The position numbers and the translations under genes are program-made. A DNA stretch of 64,000 nt from Patescibacteria group bacterium (GTDB lineage Bacteria; Patescibacteriota; Microgenomatia; Levybacterales; GWA1-39-11). This document shows, piece after piece, positions 39,372 to 48,011 of the stretch. The DNA lies in contig DASZRG010000039.1 of assembly GCA_035549295.1 (NCBI GenBank), forward strand, positions 31 through 64,030, in the 5' to 3' direction. The notes beneath the pieces are model-generated. The model saw only the letters and a program-made list of their open reading frames with translations. It was not told the DNA's origin and searched no databases. Within the stretch, counting starts at the first letter, position 1. Every line of letters begins with the position of its first letter.

Positions 39372-40388
39372 CTATACCTTCCTTATCTTCCGTCTCAATT
39401 TCTCAAACCAATAATCCACAAGGTATCTCTTACCCTCTACTACCAAGTCTTGTGCGGGCAAATACGCAACGTCTTGTCCTCCAAATCCCCTCTTAAAGAG
39501 AGAGAGTCCTGCGAACCTGTGGTCCTTTGAGCCTTCAGGTGAGACTCCCCAAAAGTTATATCGACTCATTCCTCTTTTTTTTGCCTCGCATATTGCCTCC
39601 CACTGGAGAAGGTATGCTCCAGGGTATCTGCGTCCATCCTCAGTACTTGCCCCATAGTGATATACGGCTTCTTGCCCATAAAAAATAATGAAGGCTTGAG
39701 CTAGTATTTTTCCTTCAAATTTTGCAGTATAAAGGATTGCTTTTTCGTCTTTAATAAAGATATCGAATTGGTTCAAAAGAAATTTCTTAGAAAATGGGAC
39801 AAATTTTTGACGATTTGCAGTTTCAATTTGTAGATCGTAAAACTTTTCAATATTTTTTTCTCCATTTTTCTCAATTTTTATTTCTAACTTTTCTGCTTTT
39901 TTGACCTCGTATCGAGTTGCTTTTCGCATATTAGCGAGTAGCTCTTCTTCGCTTTTTGTTATATCAAGCTGACGAGTAAGCTCAGCATGAAGATACATCG
40001 GAGCAGGCTTAAATCCCAATTTATTAAACGTTACTTGTGAAAAATTATCATCCACGAGTTGCGGACGACATCTTACAAAAACGCATGAATTATCACTTGC
40101 GATTTTTCTAAGTTCCTCGGCAAACTTTTTTAACAAATCTTTGTCTTTCCAATCAACGATGGGGCCTCCAGGAACAACTAGAAATTTACCACGTTTTGAA
40201 GTTTCAATATACGCAAACATCAGACCAAGAAGTTTTTGATTTTCAAAAAAACCAACTCTAAATATTTTTCGAGATAGAGAGGCCTGGAAGTCTCCCCAAA
40301 GCCAACTTTGTAAAAAATTAGCCTCAGTGTGATCGTCCAAAAACCCCTCCCAAGTATTTTTCTCAGATATCTCCCTTGATTCAACCAT
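39372..40388 (-). CDS. FemABX family peptidyl transferase (lipid II branching)
   Basis: NFLQS..WG, GGP, TRYEVKKA.K, YHYGAS, YNFWG, FKRGFGG. Confidence 0.88.
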   Translation of the reverse strand: MVESREISEKNTWEGFLDDHTEANFLQSWLWGDFQASLSRKIFRVGFFENQKLLGLMFAYIETSKRGKFLVVPGGPIVDWKDKDLLKKFAEELRKIASDNSCVFVRCRPQLVDDNFSQVTFNKLGFKPAPMYLHAELTRQLDITKSEEELLANMRKATRYEVKKAEKLEIKIEKNGEKNIEKFYDLQIETANRQKFVPFSKKFLLNQFDIFIKDEKAILYTAKFEGKILAQAFIIFYGQEAVYHYGASTEDGRRYPGAYLLQWEAICEAKKRGMSRYNFWGVSPEGSKDHRFAGLSLFKRGFGGQDVAYLPAQDLVVEGKRYLVDYWFEKLRRKIRKV

Positions 40389-40398
40389 ATTTTGGTAG

Positions 40399-40460
40399 TG
40401 TCATTCTGAACTTGTTTCAGAATCTCATGTCTGAAACCCCGGATCAAGCCCGGGGTGACA
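40399..40460. repeat. 62-bp REP-like element TGTCA...TGACA, copy 1
   Basis: Internal palindromes ATTCTGAA-cttgt-TTCAGAAT and CCCCGG-atcaagc-CCGGGG; similar to 41619-41680. Confidence 0.85.
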
Positions 40461-41610
40461 AAAAGTTATTAATAATTGTGCAGATACGCATCGCATCCTT
40501 TTCCCGCACATTAATATGCGTGGGCAGGTTGACTATTATTTTCGAGTCGGCAACGGCGTTTGGACATTCTGGTGCAACATCAACATACCAAATATCCTCA
40601 AGATAAATCCCCTGCTCTTTTAGTTTTTTTAGGAGTTTGCTTCTCTGTTCGACAAAAATTGGGAACCGCAAGTTTGATGACAGCTTAACTGCTTCCAAAG
40701 TTTTTTGCTTGTCAAACATAAACATGGAGTCAGAAAGCTCCTCGACATATATCGAAGCAATTTTTCTTCTATGCGATAACTGCTCTGATAGCGTCTTAAA
40801 CTGAAATACCGCAAGTGATGCATTCCATGAAGGCAACGAATAATACTCATACAGAGATTCATCCATGATATTTGATAAAAATCCCATTTTCTTTAACAAA
40901 AAATGATAAGCCTTACCAAGCCCCACACCATACATTTCCCTAATTTTGTAAGTAAAACTAGGATAAAACCTCTCCCTTAATCCGCCTGCATTTTTTTGAT
41001 ATTTGATATTTGATATTTGATATTTGATATTCCTAACAACTACCGCTCCTCCCGATACCGCATCAATTATCTTGTCTTGGCTAAAAGAAAGGACTACAAA
41101 ATCGCCAACAGTCCCCGCCTCTTTTCCATTTTTATACTTCGCGCCAATACAATGAGCAAGATCCTCTATCAAGATCAGCTTATGCTCTTTACATATTTTT
41201 TGAATTTCCTCAATATTACATGGGTATCCAAGCGTATTCTGCACAACAACCGCCTTTATTTTTTTATTCATCCTTAAAGACTTCAGGAGACCTTCAGGTG
41301 TGAAATTTAAACCACCGGTCTCTTCTAGATCGATGCAAACAGGCTCAGCTCCCGCGGTTCTAATAGCATTAAAAACCGCAACGCATGTAAAGCCATTTAT
41401 CGCAATTTCAGCATCTTCGGGTAAATCGAGCGCTTTGATTGTTGCCGTTAAAGCCTCTCGCCCCTTGTAAAACAAAGTGGCTTTCCCGCCATATTTTTCC
41501 TCAAGAAGATTTGTAAGCTTGTTTTTATCAGAAGCAGAACCAACGGTCGCAAGGGACTTTAGAACATATGATAAATTGTAATTTGATCCTAACGAATTAA
41601 ATATCGCCAT
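40444..41610 (-). CDS. DegT/DnrJ/EryC1-like PLP-dependent aminotransferase
   Basis: GFTCVAV, IEDLAH, SFSQDK...GG, NLPTH. Confidence 0.8.
   Translation of the reverse strand: MAIFNSLGSNYNLSYVLKSLATVGSASDKNKLTNLLEEKYGGKATLFYKGREALTATIKALDLPEDAEIAINGFTCVAVFNAIRTAGAEPVCIDLEETGGLNFTPEGLLKSLRMNKKIKAVVVQNTLGYPCNIEEIQKICKEHKLILIEDLAHCIGAKYKNGKEAGTVGDFVVLSFSQDKIIDAVSGGAVVVRNIKYQISNIKYQKNAGGLRERFYPSFTYKIREMYGVGLGKAYHFLLKKMGFLSNIMDESLYEYYSLPSWNASLAVFQFKTLSEQLSHRRKIASIYVEELSDSMFMFDKQKTLEAVKLSSNLRFPIFVEQRSKLLKKLKEQGIYLEDIWYVDVAPECPNAVADSKIIVNLPTHINVREKDAMRICTIINNFLSPRA
40995..41029. repeat. Perfect (TTTGATA)5 microsatellite inside the DegT-like CDS
   Basis: Five exact 7-mers encoding NIKYQISNIKYQK. Confidence 0.9.
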
Positions 41611-41618
41611 ATTTTAGA

Positions 41619-41680
41619 TGTCATTCTGAATTTATTTCAGAATCTCATTATCGAGATCCCGGATCAAGTCCGGGATGACA
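41619..41680. repeat. 62-bp REP-like element TGTCA...TGACA, copy 2
   Basis: TGTCATTCTGAATTTATTTCAGAATCTC...TCCCGGATCAAGTCCGGGATGACA. Confidence 0.85.
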
Positions 41681-42377
41681 GAAAACCATTTACTATCTCA
41701 AAAACTTCTTTTGTATTTGTAAATTGAGGAGAATGTTTAGCATTGTCAATAACGAATAGTTTAGACCCGCTAATTAGCTTATTTATTTTAATTCCTCCTG
41801 AAAGAGGAGTAAGCTTATCTTGCTTTCCCCATATTATTAAAGTAGGTGACTGAATTTTTTCGTAAAATTGACCACAATCTATTGAAATCAGATTTAACAT
41901 TGTCATTTTCACTATCGGATTAGCTTTTTCATAATCGTGTTCACCGGCCAGTCTGTAAACCAATTTGCGCAAAATTGGAGCCTGCGTAAACTTCTTGCCA
42001 GATTTAGCCAATATTTTAAAGAAGTTCTTTCTGAATGTTGTAGCTAAATCTTTTCTAAGAATTCCTGCCGCACCAATAAATATTATCTTCTCAACTTTTG
42101 CGGGATATTTAGAAGCAAAAGCTGAAGCAATTCTTGCTCCATTTGAGTGTGCAAGTAGAATGATTTTCTTTTCGCTCTTTGTTTCGCTAGTGAGCCATTC
42201 AACATAATCGTTAATTTCCCAAACAGTATCAAGTGGCGCTGTTAGACCTGGAATCTTGAGCATTTCATAATCCGTTTTATTTTTATCGAGCAGGTCCAGA
42301 AATGGTTTCCATTTTTCTGTTGAGTAAGACCACCCATGCAGTATATATACTTTGATATTTTTGCCTATAGTCCCCAT
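41664..42377 (-). CDS. Alpha/beta hydrolase
   Basis: LHGW, AHSNG nucleophile elbow, WGKQD..TP, H.PQ. Confidence 0.85.
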   Translation of the reverse strand: MGTIGKNIKVYILHGWSYSTEKWKPFLDLLDKNKTDYEMLKIPGLTAPLDTVWEINDYVEWLTSETKSEKKIILLAHSNGARIASAFASKYPAKVEKIIFIGAAGILRKDLATTFRKNFFKILAKSGKKFTQAPILRKLVYRLAGEHDYEKANPIVKMTMLNLISIDCGQFYEKIQSPTLIIWGKQDKLTPLSGGIKINKLISGSKLFVIDNAKHSPQFTNTKEVFEIVNGFLSSRT

Positions 42378-43630
42378 TGTTTTCTTCTTATTTCCCAAAT
42401 CTTTTCGCGACGAGATAGCTTTGACGCTTCCTGCTTGTTTTTAAGGATATTTTCAATAATACCCTCCATAAATCGAGCTCCTTTGAAAAGTATAGTTTCT
42501 CCACCTTTTATATTTACCGTCAGGTAATCTAAGACATCCTTAGGTGATACAAATGAAACAACATTTTTCCCATAGTGGTTTTCGAGAATTGAAAAACCAT
42601 GCTTTTTAATTCTAGGACCTAGCAAAATTACCTTTTCGTAATCTGACTTAACGACAAGTTTTGCCAATTTCTCATGCTCCTCTTTTTCTTCCTCTCCTTG
42701 CTCAAGCATGTCTCCAATAACAGCCCATTTGTTATCTGCCTTTATTAGATTGAACATGTTGATGATCTCAGTTGCCGAGGAAAAGCTTGAATTGTAGCAA
42801 CTATCGACTATCGTTGTATTTTTTACACCTTCAAATATGCTGCTTCGACCTGGCGGAATATCAAATTTGTCAAACTTATCATCAAACGAAAAACCAAGAT
42901 AATTTGTTAATTCCAATATTGCCGATATGGAGTATGAAATTGCCCTGGGAAGTAAAAATCTAAATTTGTATATATCATTTTTAAGCTGATATTCTGTTCC
43001 ACCCGTCGAAACCTTGTAGCTTTTTAGACTTTTTTCTGTGACTTTAATTACATCTGCTTTACTTCTAATAAGTTGCGACATTATTAAATCTGAATCAGAA
43101 TTAATAATTACAAGCTTTGATGTATTTTCTAGGAAATATCCGTATTCGTACGCAATAGCTTCTTCAACATTTTTAAACTTACCAGATGAAACTAAATAAT
43201 CAAAATTCATGCTGTGCGTTCTAGATGAGGATAGCCAAATTGTCACTTCGGGTTTTAAGAATTCTGAAAGAAATATTCCTTCGTTAGGTCTATCACAATC
43301 TGCTTCCACAACATATATTTTCTGTCTCGGAACACTCGAAAAAGCTTTAATTGGTGCGCTCAAAAAAATATTAATCCATTCTAACTTCTGTAAGGTTTCA
43401 CGATGGATTCCAAGAATATTAAATGGGATACCAAATGAGCTGTTCGCATGATGAGAATAAGTAGCGTTTTCCCTCAACTGCGCAATAGCAAGATTCATAG
43501 TTGTCGTTTTACCTGCTGATCCAGTAATAACAACGACTCGCGGCTTCCACCGTGCGAGTTTTATCTTCGCAAAGAAGCGAAAATACCCCGCGATCGGAAA
43601 ATACAATAATTTCTTTATTGATCCCAACAT
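42365..43630 (-). CDS. murF: MurF-like UDP-MurNAc-tripeptide--D-Ala-D-Ala ligase
   Basis: ITGSAGKTT, PGR, DSCYNSS, GDMLEQG, LFKGAR. Confidence 0.82.
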   Translation of the reverse strand: MLGSIKKLLYFPIAGYFRFFAKIKLARWKPRVVVITGSAGKTTTMNLAIAQLRENATYSHHANSSFGIPFNILGIHRETLQKLEWINIFLSAPIKAFSSVPRQKIYVVEADCDRPNEGIFLSEFLKPEVTIWLSSSRTHSMNFDYLVSSGKFKNVEEAIAYEYGYFLENTSKLVIINSDSDLIMSQLIRSKADVIKVTEKSLKSYKVSTGGTEYQLKNDIYKFRFLLPRAISYSISAILELTNYLGFSFDDKFDKFDIPPGRSSIFEGVKNTTIVDSCYNSSFSSATEIINMFNLIKADNKWAVIGDMLEQGEEEKEEHEKLAKLVVKSDYEKVILLGPRIKKHGFSILENHYGKNVVSFVSPKDVLDYLTVNIKGGETILFKGARFMEGIIENILKNKQEASKLSRREKIWEIRRKQWGL

Positions 43631-43663
43631 TTGAATTTATTATACCAAGAACTACTAAAACAA

Positions 43664-43720
43664 TGTCATTGCGAGCGAGCAAACGAACGCAGTGAAGTAC
43701 AGCGAAGAGAAGCAATCTCA
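43664..43720. repeat. Partial TGTCA-type REP-like element
   Basis: TGTCATTGCGAG...GAAGCAATCTC. Confidence 0.55.
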
Positions 43721-43818
43721 GGTTATTCGATTTTCGGTTACGATGCCAGTATCGTTAGCAGGTCTACGTTAAACGTATGACTTAACCGATACGGGCCTCG
43801 CTACCTTACACCACAACC
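43721..43818. ncRNA. Candidate ~98-nt rod-like structured RNA
   Basis: Nested stems GGTTAT/ACAACC, GTATCG/CGATAC, GTC/GAC, TACGT/ACGTA. Confidence 0.35.
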
Positions 43819-43826
43819 AATTAAAA

Positions 43827-44023
43827 TTAGCCCGTAATACACGTGATACCCGTTATGCACTTGATACTCTTAATCACTTATTCTTTTACTGGTATACCGG
43901 TATATAAGTAATAAATGTGACCCAGCCTACAAATATATTTTAATACTAGTATACATGTATACCTGTGGCAATTAGCTCATGATACTCTTGATACTCGTGG
44001 TACCCTTGATACTCTTGGTACTT
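43827..44023. repeat. Two 9-nt-period GATAC arrays (43827-43870 and 43972-44023)
   Basis: TTAG CCCGTAATAC ACGTGATAC...; TTAG CTCATGATAC TCTTGATAC TCGTGGTAC CCTTGATAC TCTTGGTAC. Confidence 0.7.
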
Positions 44024-44073
44024 CTAAACTCCCTCTTGATTTACTCCCCGCGCTTCAACTATATTAGATACTT

Positions 44074-44598
44074 ATGAATGACGAAGATGTTGTAGCGGCC
44101 GAAGAAGAAATAGAGACCCAAAGCGATACAATCGAGACTCCAGAGGAAATGATTCAAGAAGGCCAAGTTGTTGGAGCTGATATCCCAGATTCAACTATGA
44201 CGGGCTCCTCAAGCGCAATGGTACTTGAAAGCCTTGAAAGCCTTATTCGCGAAAATCTGGCTAAAACTGACAAGCTCAATATCGAGCTCAATCAGCAGAA
44301 AGAAATGCTTGACTCGGTCCTTGAGAATGACGAGACATACAAGCTCCATTCAGAAGCCGCCAAGCAAGCTGCAAAGGTAAAAAGCTCAACAAAAAGTGAA
44401 ATAATAAAAAGGCCAGAAGTTGCTCATGTTGCTAGAAAAGTTCAAGATATTTCAACCGAAATTAAAGAAATCAAAGATTCGATGAATTCCTATCTCCAGG
44501 AATACCAGAGACTCTCAGGAAGCAATGAGATAGATGATGCCAACGGTGAACCAATGCAAATCATCTCCTCCGTTAAATTAGTTAAACGCCGCCCATAA
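44074..44598 (+). CDS. Hypothetical acidic coiled-coil protein
   Basis: 174-aa ORF, heptad-rich, YLQEY.RLSG..EI motif. Confidence 0.75.
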   Translation: MNDEDVVAAEEEIETQSDTIETPEEMIQEGQVVGADIPDSTMTGSSSAMVLESLESLIRENLAKTDKLNIELNQQKEMLDSVLENDETYKLHSEAAKQAAKVKSSTKSEIIKRPEVAHVARKVQDISTEIKEIKDSMNSYLQEYQRLSGSNEIDDANGEPMQIISSVKLVKRRP

Positions 44599-44607
44599 TT
44601 TTTGCAT

Positions 44608-44673
44608 TTAGCAGCTAGGGGTTGGCAGTTAGTTTTATTACTAACACCCAAAAGCCAAGCGCTAAACCCTAAA
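44608..44673. repeat. 7-nt-period ladder hairpin element, copy C
   Basis: TTAGCAG CTAGGGG TTGGCAG TTAG ... CTAACAC CCAAAAG CCAAGCG CTAAACC CTAA. Confidence 0.7.
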
Positions 44674-44675
44674 AA

Positions 44676-45266
44676 TCATTTTTTTGCGAGTACAAGCGTC
44701 CATGCGAAGGGGGCTTTTGACGCAGAAATTTTGTAGTGGTTTTTCCTCAAAAAGCTTTTAAACCCAGGGTTGGTCCAATGGTTAATATGCTCGGGATGAT
44801 TTCCGAATCTTGTTATATATTGACCTCGGGCAAGATGAGCAAGCATGAAAAACGGTTCGTTCGGAACAGAGAACACAACATATTTACTCGTTACACGCCT
44901 CAACTCTTTTACCGCGGCGGCAGGATCTTCTAAATGCTCCAAGACTTCCGTGCAGATAAGTAAATCAAATGAATTGTCTTTATAAGGAAGCTTGTAAATG
45001 TCTCCAATTTTTATGTTTATATTCGGATACTGTTTTTTACCTATCTTTATCGCATCTTCAGAATTGTCTACACCCTCATAGCTTTTACCAATTTTTGCGC
45101 GAGATAGCCTCACAATCGTGATGCCCTCCCCGCAACCAACATCCAGGATCTTGACAGGCCTTACGGGTTTTAAGGTTTTGAAAAGTTGACGGTAGAAATT
45201 GTCAATAAGAAGACGCTGAATTGGGTTCTTGGATGAGTGTTTTGTGTAGTTTGTCGTCTCAGGCAT
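44676..45266 (-). CDS. Class I SAM-dependent methyltransferase
   Basis: LDVGCGEG, LPYKDNSFD, EVLEHL, SVPNEP, HINHW. Confidence 0.9.
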   Translation of the reverse strand: MPETTNYTKHSSKNPIQRLLIDNFYRQLFKTLKPVRPVKILDVGCGEGITIVRLSRAKIGKSYEGVDNSEDAIKIGKKQYPNINIKIGDIYKLPYKDNSFDLLICTEVLEHLEDPAAAVKELRRVTSKYVVFSVPNEPFFMLAHLARGQYITRFGNHPEHINHWTNPGFKSFLRKNHYKISASKAPFAWTLVLAKK

Positions 45267-45312
45267 ATAAAGTATAGATTATATATGAAAGAAAGTTTAT
45301 TATATAGTACCA

Positions 45313-46260
45313 ATGAAAAAATTAGTGCTGCTCATTTTGCTAATTATTACAGCAGCAGGCCTTGTATATTTTCAAAACCCCAAACCTAAAAACTTTAATA
45401 TAACTTCACCTCTCCCCGACCTTCTAACACACGCTTTTCCAAAAGTGTTGGGTGAAGAAAATATTTGGAAACCAAGGGATATAACGATCGCATCAAGCAT
45501 AAAACAGCCTGATTTGACTGCCAAATCTGCAGCCGCATATGACATTACCACAAACCAATACCTATATAAAAAAGATGTCGACACAAAAAGACCAATAGCC
45601 TCACTTACCAAGATTATGACGGCTATTATTGCACTCGAAAACGAAGACATAAATAAAGAATTTACTGTCAGTCATGCAGCAGCAAATATTGGCGAAGATT
45701 CAATGGGCTTGTCGGAAGGCGAAAAATTTGCTCTAAGCGACCTACTTTACGGTCTCGTTCTCAATTCAGGAAATGATGCAGCTGAAACAATTGCACAAGA
45801 TTCACAATTTGGCCGCGCCAACTTTGTATATCTCATGAACAAGAAGGCAGAAGATCTAGCGCTTTCTGGAACCCATTTCACCAACCCCACCGGTCTTCAG
45901 GGGGATGGCAATCAATACAGTACTATTTCAGATTTGTTGTCGATAACTCACTATGCACTCCAAAATTCTACTTTTGCAAAAGTTGCAGCAACATATGAAT
46001 ATGATATTCCAGAGTCGTCCACTCACAAGGCATATACTCTGTATAATGAGACAAACCTACTTACAACCTACCCAGGCGTTAAAGGTGTTAAAACAGGGTT
46101 TACTGACGAGGCTGGCATGTGTCTTGTGACATATCTTGAATATGACGGGCATAAGATCATAGCAATCGTCTTAAACGCAGAAAACAGACGCGAAGAAATG
46201 AAAGAACTCCTCGACTATTCACTCAAAACAGAAGGCATCACCCCACCACCGCACGATTAG
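45313..46260 (+). CDS. D-alanyl-D-alanine carboxypeptidase (peptidase S11, DacA-like)
   Basis: SLTK, SGN and KTG PBP motifs; N-terminal TM. Confidence 0.92.
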   Translation: MKKLVLLILLIITAAGLVYFQNPKPKNFNITSPLPDLLTHAFPKVLGEENIWKPRDITIASSIKQPDLTAKSAAAYDITTNQYLYKKDVDTKRPIASLTKIMTAIIALENEDINKEFTVSHAAANIGEDSMGLSEGEKFALSDLLYGLVLNSGNDAAETIAQDSQFGRANFVYLMNKKAEDLALSGTHFTNPTGLQGDGNQYSTISDLLSITHYALQNSTFAKVAATYEYDIPESSTHKAYTLYNETNLLTTYPGVKGVKTGFTDEAGMCLVTYLEYDGHKIIAIVLNAENRREEMKELLDYSLKTEGITPPPHD

Positions 46261-46284
46261 CGAACCTGTCAGGCATAATACTCC

Positions 46285-46312
46285 TGTCATTTCCGCGCAC
46301 GTGGGAATCCAG
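46285..46312. repeat. Partial TGTCA-type REP-like element
   Basis: TGTCATTTCCGCGCACGTGGGAATCCAG. Confidence 0.5.
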
Positions 46313-46372
46313 AGTAAATTTTTCCAATATCTAACTTTGAATCAGAATTGGTATTGCTGTAAAATCGCACTT

Positions 46373-47791
46373 ATGGCAACTTATGAATCCGAAACTCAGG
46401 TAACCGCCGAACGAACAGCCGAACAAGACGTAAAGTTTAATGTTGTTCGTAATCTAAAATTTGGCAGTTTACTTCCACTCCCCAACGGGAAACCATTCGG
46501 TGGGGAGACTGTCACTGCATACAGATATCAACAAGGCGCCAGAACGGAATACCTCATCGTTTTTGGTCCACTTAGTGGGTATCAATTATACAAGAGACTA
46601 AATGACGTAGCACGCGTAAAAGACGAGTTTGATGGTGTAAGAGCCGATTTCAGTGGAATTCTTTCAAGTGCAGAACTTTGGAAGCGACACAATGCTGACA
46701 TGCCAGAAGCGTGGGCAGAATATGCGTCCTCAATTCAGCGTCAAAATGATGTAATGCAAACATTCAAACCTAGCGGGCTGCCTATTATACCCCACCAAGC
46801 ATATATGCAATTGGAGAGAGCCAGGAACTCTTACTCAGCACTTGCGGAACACCAATCACAAGCTGACAACACAGTCGATAAAGCTTACAACCAAGCAACT
46901 AGAATGCTTTCTGGAGATATGCCTGTAGATATTCAATTTATCTCCCACTTTCTTCAAATTAGTAGCAGCGACATTGGAATGCGAGGGGTTAGTAGGGGGG
47001 ATTTTACCAGATTAGTAAATGGGTTTGGATCACCTAAAATTAGAGAACAATTCCTTAATCGTTTCAAGAAGGTAGTTGCAGAAAAGTCGAGGGACGAGAA
47101 TGGTGATTTGGATAAAACTAAATTAAGAAGTTACGCAGAACAAACGACCACAACACCCAAAGGCCTAATTAGGAAAAAAATTGACGACAAATATTTCTTG
47201 TATCCTACACACCTCGAACCATATTTAAATTCCTGGCATGTTCAGCAAATATCGGGTGTACAACTTAATGAGAATGGGGAATTCGTTATTCCACCTGATG
47301 CCAAAGAGAAAGTAGATGCAGAAATCAAAAGATTAGACGGAGATATTTTAAGAAAGCGTTCAATAATACCCATAATTCGCTTTGCAGAAACAGATCAGGG
47401 AGTTTCGGGTTTTGTGTTTAGTCATTCTGAAGCAAGTACGCCCCTGCCTTCATCTGTTCTAAAAGACATTGATAGCTCTACTGCCCGAGAAGCTTTGGAT
47501 ACAGAAGAATTTCACGAAGGCTGGCTATCAGGCGCAGTAGGAAATTTACTACTCATAGGTAGTCATCCCAAAATTAAGGAAATTAATGACTCTTGGAGCA
47601 GAATTTGGCAGAGAACTATGATTAGACGATCAGAAGCGGCTGGGCTTGATTCTACACTCCACGAACCACTGAATATTAATGGGCCTGTTCAAGTAGGTCT
47701 TATAGCAACCGTTGCACTCGCAAGATATCCCCAACACTTCAACCACTTTAAAGAAGCAGTCAAGAATCAGTTTGGAAGAATTAGAGATTAG
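46373..47791 (+). CDS. Hypothetical protein
   Basis: Long ORF; ATG 7 nt after TAAAAT; no motif recognised. Confidence 0.7.
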   Translation: MATYESETQVTAERTAEQDVKFNVVRNLKFGSLLPLPNGKPFGGETVTAYRYQQGARTEYLIVFGPLSGYQLYKRLNDVARVKDEFDGVRADFSGILSSAELWKRHNADMPEAWAEYASSIQRQNDVMQTFKPSGLPIIPHQAYMQLERARNSYSALAEHQSQADNTVDKAYNQATRMLSGDMPVDIQFISHFLQISSSDIGMRGVSRGDFTRLVNGFGSPKIREQFLNRFKKVVAEKSRDENGDLDKTKLRSYAEQTTTTPKGLIRKKIDDKYFLYPTHLEPYLNSWHVQQISGVQLNENGEFVIPPDAKEKVDAEIKRLDGDILRKRSIIPIIRFAETDQGVSGFVFSHSEASTPLPSSVLKDIDSSTAREALDTEEFHEGWLSGAVGNLLLIGSHPKIKEINDSWSRIWQRTMIRRSEAAGLDSTLHEPLNINGPVQVGLIATVALARYPQHFNHFKEAVKNQFGRIRD

Positions 47792-47830
47792 CTCGTGATA
47801 CACTTGGTACCCTTGATACTCGTGATGCTT
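47788..47830. repeat. 9-nt-period GATAC array
   Basis: TTAG CTCGTGATAC ACTTGGTAC CCTTGATAC TCGTGATGC. Confidence 0.7.
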
Positions 47831-47843
47831 TTGACTAACTCGG

Positions 47844-47958
47844 TGCCTGGGGTGGGACTCGAACCCGCATGACGTAAGTCACACGCTCTTAAGGCGTGCG
47901 TGTATACCATTCCACCACTGGCCCAATTCTGCTGGATGGATTATTCCACCACCCAGGC
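47844..47958 (-). tRNA. tRNA-Leu(TAA) interrupted by a 34-nt D-arm insertion; possibly chimeric or a pseudogene
   Basis: Acceptor GCCTGGG/CCCAGGC; anticodon arm CACGC-CT TAA GA-GCGTG; variable arm TGAC-TTAC-GTCA; GTGGTGGAAT duplicated 34 nt apart; C-A mismatch in T-stem. Confidence 0.8.
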
Positions 47959-48011
47959 TAGTGTGTCCAAACATTTTATCTCAAAGTAGTTCGGTAGACA
48001 ATATAAAGCTT

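Noticed and set aside
40220-40606. Short ORFs spanning the REP-like element
   Set aside because: Shadow frames of femX/DegT plus repeat sequence
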